A stretch of DNA of 43,788 bases from Alphaproteobacteria bacterium (GTDB taxonomy: Bacteria; Pseudomonadota; Alphaproteobacteria; Micavibrionales; UBA2020): positions 1 to 43,788 of the forward strand of contig JAQSWE010000003.1 of NCBI GenBank assembly GCA_029266795.1, written 5' to 3'. The translations under genes and the position numbers were made by a program. The notes beneath the pieces are model-generated. The model did no database searches, was not told the DNA's origin, and worked only from the letters and a program-made list of their open reading frames with translations. Below, in pieces: positions 33,091 to 42,204 of this stretch. Numbering within the stretch: the first letter of the stretch is position 1; each line of letters opens with the position of its first letter.

Positions 33091-36006
33091 TCAGAACCCT
33101 TTCCGCCAAGCGGCCACGATATCGGCAAGCGCGATATTTGCACCATCGACCAGCAATTTATCATCGCCAGTCACTTGCCCAATCAGTGTCGCAACCGGCA
33201 GTAATTTATCAAATGCCGTACGTTGCTCCGGCGACACGCTGACCACGATGCGCCCGGGAGCTTCGTTGAACAGCGCATCTGCGCCTTTCACGGTTAGTGC
33301 CGCGCCGAGCCTGCCGCCCGTCATGCCTTCGGCAACGACGACCAGCAAGCCGCCTTCCGATACGTCATGCGCCGATTTGATGCAGCCTGATTTCAGTGCC
33401 GCATTGAACTGGCGGTAGAGCGCAAGGTTTTTGGTAAGGTCGATCGCGGGGCCGTTATCCTCCGCCACATGGAACAACGCGGCGTATTCGGACGCCGCCA
33501 GGCCGCTGCCCGCTGCTCCCAGCAGATAGATATGGTCGCCAGGGTCACGGAAGCTGCTGCCGACCGACGATCCCATCTGCACCTTTGCCATGGCTGTCAC
33601 CATCAGCGTGGGCAGGCAGCTGATATTGATGTCCTGCCCACGACCGTCCTTGCAGCGGAAATCGTTTTTCATGCTGTCCTTGCCGCTGACGAGCGGCGCG
33701 CCATAGGCCTTGCAGATGTCGTACAACCCTTCGCAGGTACGGACGAGCTGCCCCAGTTTATAAGCGCCTTCCGGATTTTTTGGCGAGACGACAGGATCGG
33801 GCCAGCAGAAATTATCGAGCAGGCAGAGCGTATCGGGATCGCCGCCAGCTGTAACGACATTGCGCACAGCTTCATCGACCGCGAACTGCGCCATGCGGTA
33901 GGGATCGAGGGGTGACATGCGGGGGGCCATGCCGCAACCTACCGCGACACCGCTATCAGACGAGCCGCCATGCGGCTGCAGCCAGATGACGCCCGCATCG
34001 GACGGGCCATCGGATTTGCAGCCCGCGAAGGGTTTCACATGGGTTGCCGCCTGTACTTCATGGTCATAGGCGCGCACCCATTTTTCCTTGGAGGTGATAT
34101 TGGGCGATGCAAGCAGTGTCAGCAGCGCTGTTTTCACATCGGGTGCAGGAACGCGTTTCGCCTTTAATTCGGTTGAAGCCGACCAGTGGGGGCGCGGCTT
34201 GGGCGCTGACCATTCGGCCTTCAGCTGCATCTGAGGCAGAGAATTATGCAGGAAATCGAGGCTCAATGATCCGGTGAGTGTGTCTTTATAATACACATCC
34301 AGCCGCCCGCTATCGTTGAACGCGCCGATATTGGTGGCGACAACGCCCCGGCGGGTTGCGAGTTCGATAAATGCCTTCACTTTCGCGGGCGGCACGGCGA
34401 GCGTCATGCGTTCCTGGCTTTCGCTGACCATCAACTCCCATGGGCTCAGGCCTGGGTATTTGACCGGGCACAATCCCAGATCAAGCGTCGCACCGCCCGA
34501 CATCTGCGCCATTTCACCGACGCTGGACGACAATCCGCCCGCGCCGTTATCAGTAATGGCGGAGAACAGACCGAGGTCGCGCGCCTCCAGCAAAAAATCC
34601 GCCATGCGTTTCTGTGTGAGCGGGTCGCCGATCTGCACTGCTGTTGCGGGCGCATTTTCGTCCAGCTCCAGCGAACTGAAGGTCGCGCCATGGATGCCAT
34701 CCGCGCCGATTGCGCCACCGACCATCACGATGCGGTCGCCGTTGTGGAGTTTCTTTTCGGATGAATCGCGGCCATCGGGCAGCACCGGCGGCATGACGCC
34801 GACCGTGCCGACGAAGACGAGCGGCTTGCCCGCATAATCGCGGTCAAAAAAGAATGCGCCGTTGACGGTCGGGATGCCGCTTTTGTTGCCGCCGTCCTCG
34901 ACGCCCTTGTGCACACCTTCCAATATGCGGCGGGGCGGCTTAGGGCCGACGGGCATGAATTGTTCTTCGCCCTTTTCAGGCATGGTTGGCGGTGCGAAGC
35001 AGAAGACATCGGTGTTCGCGATAGGACGCGCGCCGAGGCCACAGCCGAGAATGTCGCGATTAACACCGAGGATGCCGGTCAGCGCGCCGCCATAAGGGTC
35101 GAGTGCGGAGGGACTGTTATGCGTTTCCACCTTGATGCAGAGGTCTATCTTTTCATCGAAGCGCACGATGCCGGCATTGTCGCTGAACACGGAAATCAGC
35201 CAGTCGATGCCGCGTTCCTTTTCAATCTCTTTCGTTGCGCGCTTGATGTAGGTTTTGTAGAGGCTGTCGATGGTTTTTGTCTTGCCATCCGCGCCGGTGA
35301 AATCGATCTTGGCGGCGAAAATCTTGTGCTTGCAATGTTCGCTCCAGGTCTGCGCGAAAACTTCCAATTCCACATCGGTCGGCGACTGCGGCAGGCCCTG
35401 TTTTTTGCGCAACGCCTGCACATCCGCGTCGCGGTAATGGTCGCGGATATGGTGCAACTCCTGCATCGTCATGGCGAGCGTGCGGTCGCGGCTCAGCTGC
35501 TCCAGCTCTTTGTCGTGCAATTCAAGCGACACTTGCTCCACCTTGGGGGCGTGAGTCAGGGCAGTCTTGGGCAGTTTCACATCGGTAAAGCGCGGCAGCT
35601 TCAGAAATTCGTCATATGTCCAGACATCGATTTTCTGGATCAATTCATTGGCCAGCAATTCGCGGCCGACCTTCTTGGCACCTGCCGCATCGAGCGTTCC
35701 GAACATGAAATAAAGGCTTCCGCTCGCAACCGCCGCCTGCAACCCAGTAAAGGCTGGGTTTTGCGGGAAGGTGTAGGTCGCACCATCCAGCTGCGCGAGG
35801 TAGAGCACGGGATCGGCGAAGACTTTTGCGACATTTCCGGCCAAATCGTTGGCGGGGGACTGCGGCGCAATTTTATAAACTTTGACTTCTTCAAGCGCGG
35901 TCAGCGGGACGCCGAAATATTCGCGCGCTTGCCCTGCCCATTTTTCAAGGCGGCGGTCGGGAATTTGAGAGGTGACTTCGACGCGGACGGGGGCGGCCAT
36001 GACCAT
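33091..36006 (-). CDS. purL: FGAM synthase PurL with fused N-terminal PurS-like region (PurSL), 971 aa
   Basis: The core has QTWSEHCKHK, ETHNSPSALDPYGGA, GTVG and DNGAGGLSS. About 215 N-terminal residues precede it, with two PurS-like units (VRVEVTS...VKVYKI...FADPV and ...LLANELIQKIDVW). Small PurL is usually about 730-740 aa. Confidence 0.9.
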   Translation of the reverse strand: MVMAAPVRVEVTSQIPDRRLEKWAGQAREYFGVPLTALEEVKVYKIAPQSPANDLAGNVAKVFADPVLYLAQLDGATYTFPQNPAFTGLQAAVASGSLYFMFGTLDAAGAKKVGRELLANELIQKIDVWTYDEFLKLPRFTDVKLPKTALTHAPKVEQVSLELHDKELEQLSRDRTLAMTMQELHHIRDHYRDADVQALRKKQGLPQSPTDVELEVFAQTWSEHCKHKIFAAKIDFTGADGKTKTIDSLYKTYIKRATKEIEKERGIDWLISVFSDNAGIVRFDEKIDLCIKVETHNSPSALDPYGGALTGILGVNRDILGCGLGARPIANTDVFCFAPPTMPEKGEEQFMPVGPKPPRRILEGVHKGVEDGGNKSGIPTVNGAFFFDRDYAGKPLVFVGTVGVMPPVLPDGRDSSEKKLHNGDRIVMVGGAIGADGIHGATFSSLELDENAPATAVQIGDPLTQKRMADFLLEARDLGLFSAITDNGAGGLSSSVGEMAQMSGGATLDLGLCPVKYPGLSPWELMVSESQERMTLAVPPAKVKAFIELATRRGVVATNIGAFNDSGRLDVYYKDTLTGSLSLDFLHNSLPQMQLKAEWSAPKPRPHWSASTELKAKRVPAPDVKTALLTLLASPNITSKEKWVRAYDHEVQAATHVKPFAGCKSDGPSDAGVIWLQPHGGSSDSGVAVGCGMAPRMSPLDPYRMAQFAVDEAVRNVVTAGGDPDTLCLLDNFCWPDPVVSPKNPEGAYKLGQLVRTCEGLYDICKAYGAPLVSGKDSMKNDFRCKDGRGQDINISCLPTLMVTAMAKVQMGSSVGSSFRDPGDHIYLLGAAGSGLAASEYAALFHVAEDNGPAIDLTKNLALYRQFNAALKSGCIKSAHDVSEGGLLVVVAEGMTGGRLGAALTVKGADALFNEAPGRIVVSVSPEQRTAFDKLLPVATLIGQVTGDDKLLVDGANIALADIVAAWRKGF

Positions 36007-36008
36007 GA

Positions 36009-36674
36009 TTACGATGCCTTCTTCTTGCCAAGACAGACGATGCGGCGGTCGGTGCCGCGGATTTTTTCTACCGACCAGCTGCCCGCGATCAAATGGCGCA
36101 GGAATTCGGCGTAAATATCGTATTCCAGCTGCATGCCGCGCGCGCGGAAGCTGTCGAACTCCTCGTTTTCGTCGCGCTCGAAGGACCGCTGCAGGATGAT
36201 TGGGCCGCCGTCCACTGTTTCATCGACAAAATGCAGCGTGACACCCGCGATTTTCACGCCTGCGTTATAGGCCTGCAGGTAACTATCCATGCCCGGAAAT
36301 GCCGGCAGCAGCGAGGGATGGATATTCACGACGCGGTTGACGCCCAGTTTTTCGTCGTAAAATTTATGCAGGAATGCGGGGCTCAGGATGCGCATATAGC
36401 CGGCGAGGAAAATCCACTCGACGCCGTTCAACGCAAGGGTATCAAGAATGGCCTTTTCGTGTTCTTCCTTGGATGCGCCTTTCTGCTTCGCAACGACTTC
36501 GCAGGGCGTGCCGAATTTTTGGGCGCGCTCGATGACGCCCGCATAGGGCTGATCTGTCAAAACCAGCAACGCATCGATGCCGGTCATTTCCTTGCAATGG
36601 CGCAGGATGTTTTCGGCATTGGTGCCGTTGCCGGAGGCGAAGACGGCGGCGCGGATGGCAGGTTTATTTGCCAA
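36009..36674 (-). CDS. purN: phosphoribosylglycinamide formyltransferase, 221 aa (TTG start)
   Basis: AVFASGNGTNAENIL, LAGYMRIL, NIHPSLLPAFPG and GVTLHFVDETVDGGPII. The only start upstream of the conserved N-terminus is TTG 36674, overlapping the purD 3' end by 11 nt. Confidence 0.92.
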   Translation of the reverse strand: MANKPAIRAAVFASGNGTNAENILRHCKEMTGIDALLVLTDQPYAGVIERAQKFGTPCEVVAKQKGASKEEHEKAILDTLALNGVEWIFLAGYMRILSPAFLHKFYDEKLGVNRVVNIHPSLLPAFPGMDSYLQAYNAGVKIAGVTLHFVDETVDGGPIILQRSFERDENEEFDSFRARGMQLEYDIYAEFLRHLIAGSWSVEKIRGTDRRIVCLGKKKAS

Positions 36675-37965
36675 TGTCTTTCCTCCAATGCGCGCCGTTG
36701 AACTTTATGGTATCGATGGCGCGATAGGCGCTGGCGCGGGCATCATCGATATTTGCGCCAAGCGCAGTCACGCCCAGTACGCGCCCGCCTTCATTCGTCC
36801 AGCCGCCGTCTTTTTTCTTCGCGCCCATGACGAACAGCAGGTTATCGTTTGACCCGTCCAACAATTTTTCAGGCAGCTCTATTTTTTGTCCCAGCTTCAT
36901 CGTGCCGGCGAATGTTTCAGGATAACCTTCGGATGCCATCACGACATGGACGGCGGCTGATGCGCGGAGCGTCACTTTATTATCGCCCAACTGCCCTTGC
37001 GCGGCTTTCAGGAACAGCGGCGCGATATCGTTTTCGATGAGCGGCATCAGGATTTGCGTTTCCGGATCTCCGAAACGGGTATTGAATTCGATCACATTCA
37101 CCTGTTCGCCGTCGATCATGAGGCCAGCGAACAAAATGCCGCGGAACGGCGTGCCGCGCTTATTCATACCGTCGATCACACGTCGGAAAATGCCGTCATT
37201 CACGAATGCTCGCGCGGCGTCAGACGGCCAGCCCTTGGGCGCATAACCGCCCATGCCGCCGGTGTTCGGACCTTGGTCATTGTCACGCACACGCTTGTAG
37301 TCGCAGACAAAGCCGAGCGTCGTAAATGCGTTGCCGTCGCAGAGCGCGAAGGCGGAGACTTCTTTCCCCGCGAGTTTTTGTTCCAGCAGGATACGGTCAC
37401 TTTTCACCGTGCAGGCAGGGTCTAGCATGAAGTCGTGGAGCGTCTGCACGGCTTCCGCGCGGTCATGGGTGACGACGACGCCCTTGCCCGCCGATAGTCC
37501 ATCGGCCTTGATGACAACACCCGCGCCTTCGACATCCCAGTCCTTCAGCGCAGCGACCGCAGAAGCGTGATCGCCGCAGACCTTGAACGGCGCCGTCGGG
37601 ATACCGCATTCGGACATGAATTCCTTGGCGAAGATTTTGGAGCTTTCCAGCTTCGCGCCGTCTTTCGTCGGGCCCATCACGGGAATACCAGTCGCGTTCA
37701 ACGCATCGGCGACCCCCGCCTCTAGCGGCTTTTCGGGACCGATGACGACAAGCGTGATGTCGAAGTTCTTGACGGCGGCGAGGACTGTTGCCACATCGGC
37801 AGGGTTGCCCGCATGACATTTGACCTTGGCGAGCGTCGCCATCCCGTCATTGCCGGGCATGGCATGGATGGTATCCACCGCCGGTGATTGGGCAAGTTTC
37901 CATGCCAGCGCATGTTCACGCCCTCCGCCGCCCAAAAGCAATACCGTTTTCGCGGAATGGCTCAC
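36664..37965 (-). CDS. purD: phosphoribosylamine-glycine ligase, 433 aa (GTG start)
   Basis: VLLLGGGGREHALAWKL, VVIGPE, VIKADGLSAGKGV and EFNTRFGDPETQ. GTGA overlap with the purC stop. Confidence 0.95.
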   Translation of the reverse strand: MSHSAKTVLLLGGGGREHALAWKLAQSPAVDTIHAMPGNDGMATLAKVKCHAGNPADVATVLAAVKNFDITLVVIGPEKPLEAGVADALNATGIPVMGPTKDGAKLESSKIFAKEFMSECGIPTAPFKVCGDHASAVAALKDWDVEGAGVVIKADGLSAGKGVVVTHDRAEAVQTLHDFMLDPACTVKSDRILLEQKLAGKEVSAFALCDGNAFTTLGFVCDYKRVRDNDQGPNTGGMGGYAPKGWPSDAARAFVNDGIFRRVIDGMNKRGTPFRGILFAGLMIDGEQVNVIEFNTRFGDPETQILMPLIENDIAPLFLKAAQGQLGDNKVTLRASAAVHVVMASEGYPETFAGTMKLGQKIELPEKLLDGSNDNLLFVMGAKKKDGGWTNEGGRVLGVTALGANIDDARASAYRAIDTIKFNGAHWRKDIGK

Positions 37966-39137
37966 GCGACTTCCTTTTTAGGAAGAATCTGTTTTACGAC
38001 TTCATCGAGCCCCCAGGCATCGGTAAAAACCGGTTTGCCATGGAATTTATTCGACAGCGCCGAGGCGAGGCCTTTGTAAATCATCTCGACACGCGTTTTC
38101 ACGACGGGCGACAATAAAGGCGGAGACACACCGAGCTCTTCGGTGCAGATTTTTTTCCAGTCTTTCTCGCCGCGCTCCTTGGCAAGTTTTTTACCCTGTT
38201 CCAGACCCGCATACCATGCCGTGGGGCGGTAGAAACCGCGCAAGGCTTCTTTCGACAAATGCTGGCCGTCCTTGATCAGGCGCAATTCATCAGGACCGAT
38301 AGAATCGACAAGCATGAAATCACGGCTACCGCTGGCATTTTTGCCCTCGAAACCGAATTCCAGCTTGCCGTCCCACAACTCCACGCCGATTTCGGCGAAG
38401 CAGTCTTTCAGGCGAATGGAAATCAGGCGGGCGAGCGCGCCGAGGCTGCGGAATTCGTCGTCCGACAATCCGGCGATGCGTTGCGCTTCCTCATAGGGAA
38501 GGTAACGGTCGGAGGTTTCGAGCTTGGTCGAATATTCGATGACTGGCACGGCGAAGCTATCGCCTGTTTTGGGAGGCGCGCTAAGGCCGAGTGATTTGAA
38601 ATAGGCCGCGTCGCCCGTCCGTTGTAAGAGCGAGCTCCCTTCCGGCACGCCGAAGCGGAAGATCACCTCGAGCGGGACTAGCGCGTTTTCAGGTTTCGAT
38701 TCATAGGCCGTGTAATCCCACAGCAGCTTGCCGTCGATGACGCTGCTGCCGGGTTCGTGGACGGCGACGGGCGTCACCGACAGACAGCGCGTGGGGGAAA
38801 TGAATTCGCGCTGCAGCGGGATTTGTTTCGCGTCGTGGTCGACGAGGCCGAGCGAATGGTGCTTTAGGCCGGATTTGCGCAGTGCGAGAAGTTGCGGGTC
38901 GTTTTCCATTCCTTCCGGCGCTTTCCAGTCGAGCCAAGTGGCGGGGCGGCCAAGATAGTCGAAGAAGAACCAACCCATGAAGGCAAGCGAGGCCCCCTTG
39001 TCGGTCAGCAGGTCGGGCATCTGGCCCCAGTCGAAGATGGAATAGCGGTCGGAAAATTCGAAAATATAAGGAGCTTTGCCCTTTTCACCCCGCACGTTTT
39101 TGACGGAGCCTTCATAGATCATTGCCGGTAATGTCAT
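37962..39137 (-). CDS. purC: SAICAR synthetase, unusually long form, 391 aa
   Basis: IYEGSVKNV, FEFSDRYSIFDW, PLEVIFR, YSTKLE and LWDGKLEFGF...LVDSIGPDELRL. ATGA overlap with the purE stop. It is about 100-150 aa longer than common PurC because of internal and C-terminal extra segments. Confidence 0.85.
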   Translation of the reverse strand: MTLPAMIYEGSVKNVRGEKGKAPYIFEFSDRYSIFDWGQMPDLLTDKGASLAFMGWFFFDYLGRPATWLDWKAPEGMENDPQLLALRKSGLKHHSLGLVDHDAKQIPLQREFISPTRCLSVTPVAVHEPGSSVIDGKLLWDYTAYESKPENALVPLEVIFRFGVPEGSSLLQRTGDAAYFKSLGLSAPPKTGDSFAVPVIEYSTKLETSDRYLPYEEAQRIAGLSDDEFRSLGALARLISIRLKDCFAEIGVELWDGKLEFGFEGKNASGSRDFMLVDSIGPDELRLIKDGQHLSKEALRGFYRPTAWYAGLEQGKKLAKERGEKDWKKICTEELGVSPPLLSPVVKTRVEMIYKGLASALSNKFHGKPVFTDAWGLDEVVKQILPKKEVA

Positions 39138-39874
39138 GCCGCTCTCCCTTGTGCCTGTTTTGACGATGCAGAAAGGCGCAGCGCGGCATGCACCGCGTTA
39201 CGCGTATTGTTGGCGCCGACCCACAGGCCGCCCTGATTGCTCCAGTTGAGGAGCTGGACGTAGGATTCCGGCTTCGCAACGTCGGATTTGGCGACGACCG
39301 GCACGTGCAGGCAGTAATCATCGGGCTGGATATCGTTATCGCCCATGACGAGCCGCACGTTAAAGGCATCCGTCGCAGGCTGCGCGCCATGCGATACTTC
39401 CGCGCCCTTTTCTTTCGCCGCGACGCGCGCTTTTTCGATATCGGCCAGAATGTCCGGCGTTTCGGTGCGGGTGACAAAATGGATCTTGGCGGGGGTTACG
39501 GCGGTTTTATATTTTTTCAGGAAGGCGACGATGGCATCCGGCTTCTGCGGGCCTGCCGTCATCACCGGCACGCCCGGCGGCATCTGCGCAATAGAAGCGA
39601 AGCTGTCGAGCCCTCCGAATTGCGAGGGCACGGCGACCCCAAAGACGGGAATTTTCACCATCGCGGCGACTACACCCGGCAGCGCGGCGGCAAGTCCCGC
39701 GCCGGCGATCACGGCATCGCCCTGCCATGTGTTCATTTTGTGCTGCAGTTTTTCAAGGTCGCGATGGGCGGAGATGACTTCATATTCGGTATCGAAATGC
39801 GGCTTCAGCGCACCGACCAGCGGCAGGGATATGTTTTCATCCGACTTGCTGCCGAAGACTACAAAAACTTTCAT
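39134..39874 (-). CDS. purE: PurE-family (AIR carboxylase / N5-CAIR mutase) protein with ~120-aa C-terminal extension, 246 aa
   Basis: VVFGSKSDENI, ISAHR, IAGAGLAAALPGVVAA, VFGVAV and IAQMPPGVPVMT align with the PurE core. GAGGGG RBS upstream. Confidence 0.8.
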   Translation of the reverse strand: MKVFVVFGSKSDENISLPLVGALKPHFDTEYEVISAHRDLEKLQHKMNTWQGDAVIAGAGLAAALPGVVAAMVKIPVFGVAVPSQFGGLDSFASIAQMPPGVPVMTAGPQKPDAIVAFLKKYKTAVTPAKIHFVTRTETPDILADIEKARVAAKEKGAEVSHGAQPATDAFNVRLVMGDNDIQPDDYCLHVPVVAKSDVAKPESYVQLLNWSNQGGLWVGANNTRNAVHAALRLSASSKQAQGRAA

Positions 39875-39900
39875 GCTTGTTCCCCTCTATGTTTAAAAAG

Positions 39901-41394
39901 TTATCCCGCCGCGCGTGCCTTCTTGCGCTCTCGCGCGTAGTTTTCCGCTTCCGTCACCACGGTCGGATATTTCTTGTTCACGCAGGCCATGCAGAGCTTT
40001 GTCGTGCCAATGGCCTGACGCAAATCTTCCTCGTCCAGATATATAATTTTCTTCACGCCGATCATCTCGGCCATTTCCTCGATCGTCTTGTTGTGCGCAA
40101 TCAGGTCTTTTGAATCGGGGAAATCGACGCCGTAGAAGCACGGATAGCGAATGGGCGGGCAGGTGATGCCGAGTGTGATTTCCTTGGCGCCGTGTTTTTT
40201 CAGCAGCGAGATGATGCGAATGGACGTCGTGCCGCGCACGATGCTGTCGTCGATCAGGAAAATATTTTTGCCAGCGATTTCGCTGACGATGGGGCTGAGT
40301 TTCAGCTCCACCGCATGTTCGCGCTTGTCCTGATTGCTCAGGATGAAGCTGCGTGCGACGTAGCGGTTTTTGATTAGTCCTTCGCGGTAGGGCAGTTTCA
40401 GCGCATCCGCCACGGAAATAGCGGCGGTGCGGCTGGTATCGGGTACCGGCATCACGACATCGGGGGCGATTTCGCCCGCCTGCATCGCGGCGGTCGCCTT
40501 GAAGCCCAGTTGCACGCCAAGTTTCAGGCGCGCGCCATAAACGGTCTGGTGGTCAATGGCGCTTTCGGCCCCCGAGAAATAAACCCATTCGAACATGCAA
40601 TGCGCGCGGTCCGGCTCTTTCTTCACAATCGCGCTCTGGAAGTTGCTGTCCATGTCGATGAAGAACACTTCGCCCGGTTCGATATCACGCAGGTAGGTAT
40701 AACCGAGATAGGTCATGGCGACTGTTTCGGACGCGACGCACCAATGCTTCTCGCCGTCGATCTCCTTGAGGCCCAGCACCATCGGGCGGATGCCCTTAGG
40801 GTCGCGGAAGCCGACCATGCCCTGCCCCGCAATCAGGCTGAGGACCGCGTAGCCGCCATTGACGGTCTCGAACATCTGGGCGACCGCTTGCTTGATATTC
40901 TCGAAGGTGAAGGTTTGTTCGGTCGGCAGAGGCTGGCCGTTCATGAGGAAATGGCCGAAATAATGGATCAGAGCCTCAAGATCGTTTCCGGTCAGCAGCT
41001 GGTGCCGGAATTTCTCCGACAGTTCAGCCTTCAATTGATAGTAATTGAGCGCATTGCCGTTATGGACCATGCCGAGGCCGAAGGGGATGCCCTCCACCAT
41101 CGGCTGGATATCGCGCTTGCCGTCGCTGCCTGCGGTCGCGTAGCGCGTATGGCCTATCGCCATGAAGCCGTTCAGGTTTTCGATTTTTTTCTGGTCGAAG
41201 ACCTGCGCCACAAGGCCGAGGTCTTTTTCCATAGCGAACATTTTCGTGAAGGTGTCATAAGTAAGGATACCGGCAGCATCCTGCCCCCGGTGCTGGAGCG
41301 CAAGCAGGCCGCGATATGCCTCATACGCCGCAACGGAGGACACTCCTCGACTCTCAATTTTATGAGGGCCGATGATGCCGATAATTCCACACAT
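39901..41394 (-). CDS. purF: amidophosphoribosyltransferase, 497 aa
   Basis: N-terminal nucleophile MCGIIGI, LQHRGQDAAGI, GHTRYAT and PRTase motif FLIDDSIVRGTT. Cys-rich C-terminus (CPPIRYPCFYGVDF ... CMAC) is typical of the 4Fe-4S type. Confidence 0.96.
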   Translation of the reverse strand: MCGIIGIIGPHKIESRGVSSVAAYEAYRGLLALQHRGQDAAGILTYDTFTKMFAMEKDLGLVAQVFDQKKIENLNGFMAIGHTRYATAGSDGKRDIQPMVEGIPFGLGMVHNGNALNYYQLKAELSEKFRHQLLTGNDLEALIHYFGHFLMNGQPLPTEQTFTFENIKQAVAQMFETVNGGYAVLSLIAGQGMVGFRDPKGIRPMVLGLKEIDGEKHWCVASETVAMTYLGYTYLRDIEPGEVFFIDMDSNFQSAIVKKEPDRAHCMFEWVYFSGAESAIDHQTVYGARLKLGVQLGFKATAAMQAGEIAPDVVMPVPDTSRTAAISVADALKLPYREGLIKNRYVARSFILSNQDKREHAVELKLSPIVSEIAGKNIFLIDDSIVRGTTSIRIISLLKKHGAKEITLGITCPPIRYPCFYGVDFPDSKDLIAHNKTIEEMAEMIGVKKIIYLDEEDLRQAIGTTKLCMACVNKKYPTVVTEAENYARERKKARAAG

Positions 41395-41589
41395 TTATTG
41401 ATTCACCTGTTGTTCAGGGAGGAGGATTTGTGCCGCCACTATACGCATTTCGGTCAAATCAATGCGAGTCATTTTTACAACAAAAAACGCCGTGTTTACG
41501 GCAAAAACCGCGCTTTCACCCTATGTTGGCGGGCGCAGGATTGATATGGTGGGGGAACGCTTTTTTCCAAGTCTTTTAAAGGAATTTTC

Positions 41590-42147
41590 ATGTCGCTCGC
41601 CAATGACGCCCGCGTCAATTCGATCATCACCCGCGTAAAGAACCTGATTACCAAGCCCGAAGCGGAATGGGATGTCATCGCGGGCGAGAGCGCGACCATT
41701 CAGGGGCTTTATAAAAACTATGCGATGATCTTGGCCGCCATTCCAGCAATCGTTGGCTTCCTCGCTTTCGTCATCATGGCGCCCAAGGCGATCGGTCATG
41801 CGCTGCTGGCGATGATCGGCAGTTACATTCTGACGCTGCTCGGGATTGCCGTGCTGGCCTTCGTCGTCGATTTCCTTGCGCCGAAATTCAAGGGTACGTC
41901 AAACCAGATCAACGCCTTCAAGCTCGCCATTTATTCCGCAACGCCGGCATGGATTGCAGGGCTGTTCCTGATCATCCCTGTCCTCGGACCGATCCTTGTG
42001 CTGGTGGGTGTGGTTTACTCGCTGTACCTGTTCTTCCTGGGCGTGCCCAAGCTGATGAAATGCCCCAAAGACCAGGCGGTTGTTTTCACCATCGTCGCGC
42101 TTGTCGTGAACGTTGTAGTGCAGATTTGCCTGCGCGCACTCGTTTAA
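41590..42147 (+). CDS. Yip1-domain family membrane protein, 185 aa
   Basis: N-terminal soluble KPEAEWDVI..., then 5 hydrophobic helices (YAMILAAIPAIVGFLAFVI, LLGIAVLAFVVDFLA, ...). AAGGAA RBS upstream. Confidence 0.6.
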   Translation: MSLANDARVNSIITRVKNLITKPEAEWDVIAGESATIQGLYKNYAMILAAIPAIVGFLAFVIMAPKAIGHALLAMIGSYILTLLGIAVLAFVVDFLAPKFKGTSNQINAFKLAIYSATPAWIAGLFLIIPVLGPILVLVGVVYSLYLFFLGVPKLMKCPKDQAVVFTIVALVVNVVVQICLRALV

Positions 42148-42165
42148 ACTTTTACTGTTTCAAAT

Positions 42166-42204
42166 AAACCCTCCGCCCCAACAGGCCGGAGGGTTTATTT
42201 TTTG
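42166..42204. terminator. rho-independent, probably bidirectional terminator between the Yip1 gene and nadE
   Basis: AAACCCTCCG (42166-42175) pairs with CGGAGGGTTT (42187-42196), followed by ATTTTTT on the + strand and TTATTTG on the - strand. The nadE stop (42195-42197) lies inside the 3' arm. Confidence 0.8.

Noticed and set aside
41395-41589. Purine/ZTP-type riboswitch in the purF leader.
   Set aside because: GCCGUAAACACGGC superficially resembles the purine-riboswitch P3 region. I could not find the conserved junction or loop motifs of purine aptamers, nor the GGGUCGUGAC / CCGCCUGGGCA-type elements of ZTP. Only the terminator-like hairpin is reported.
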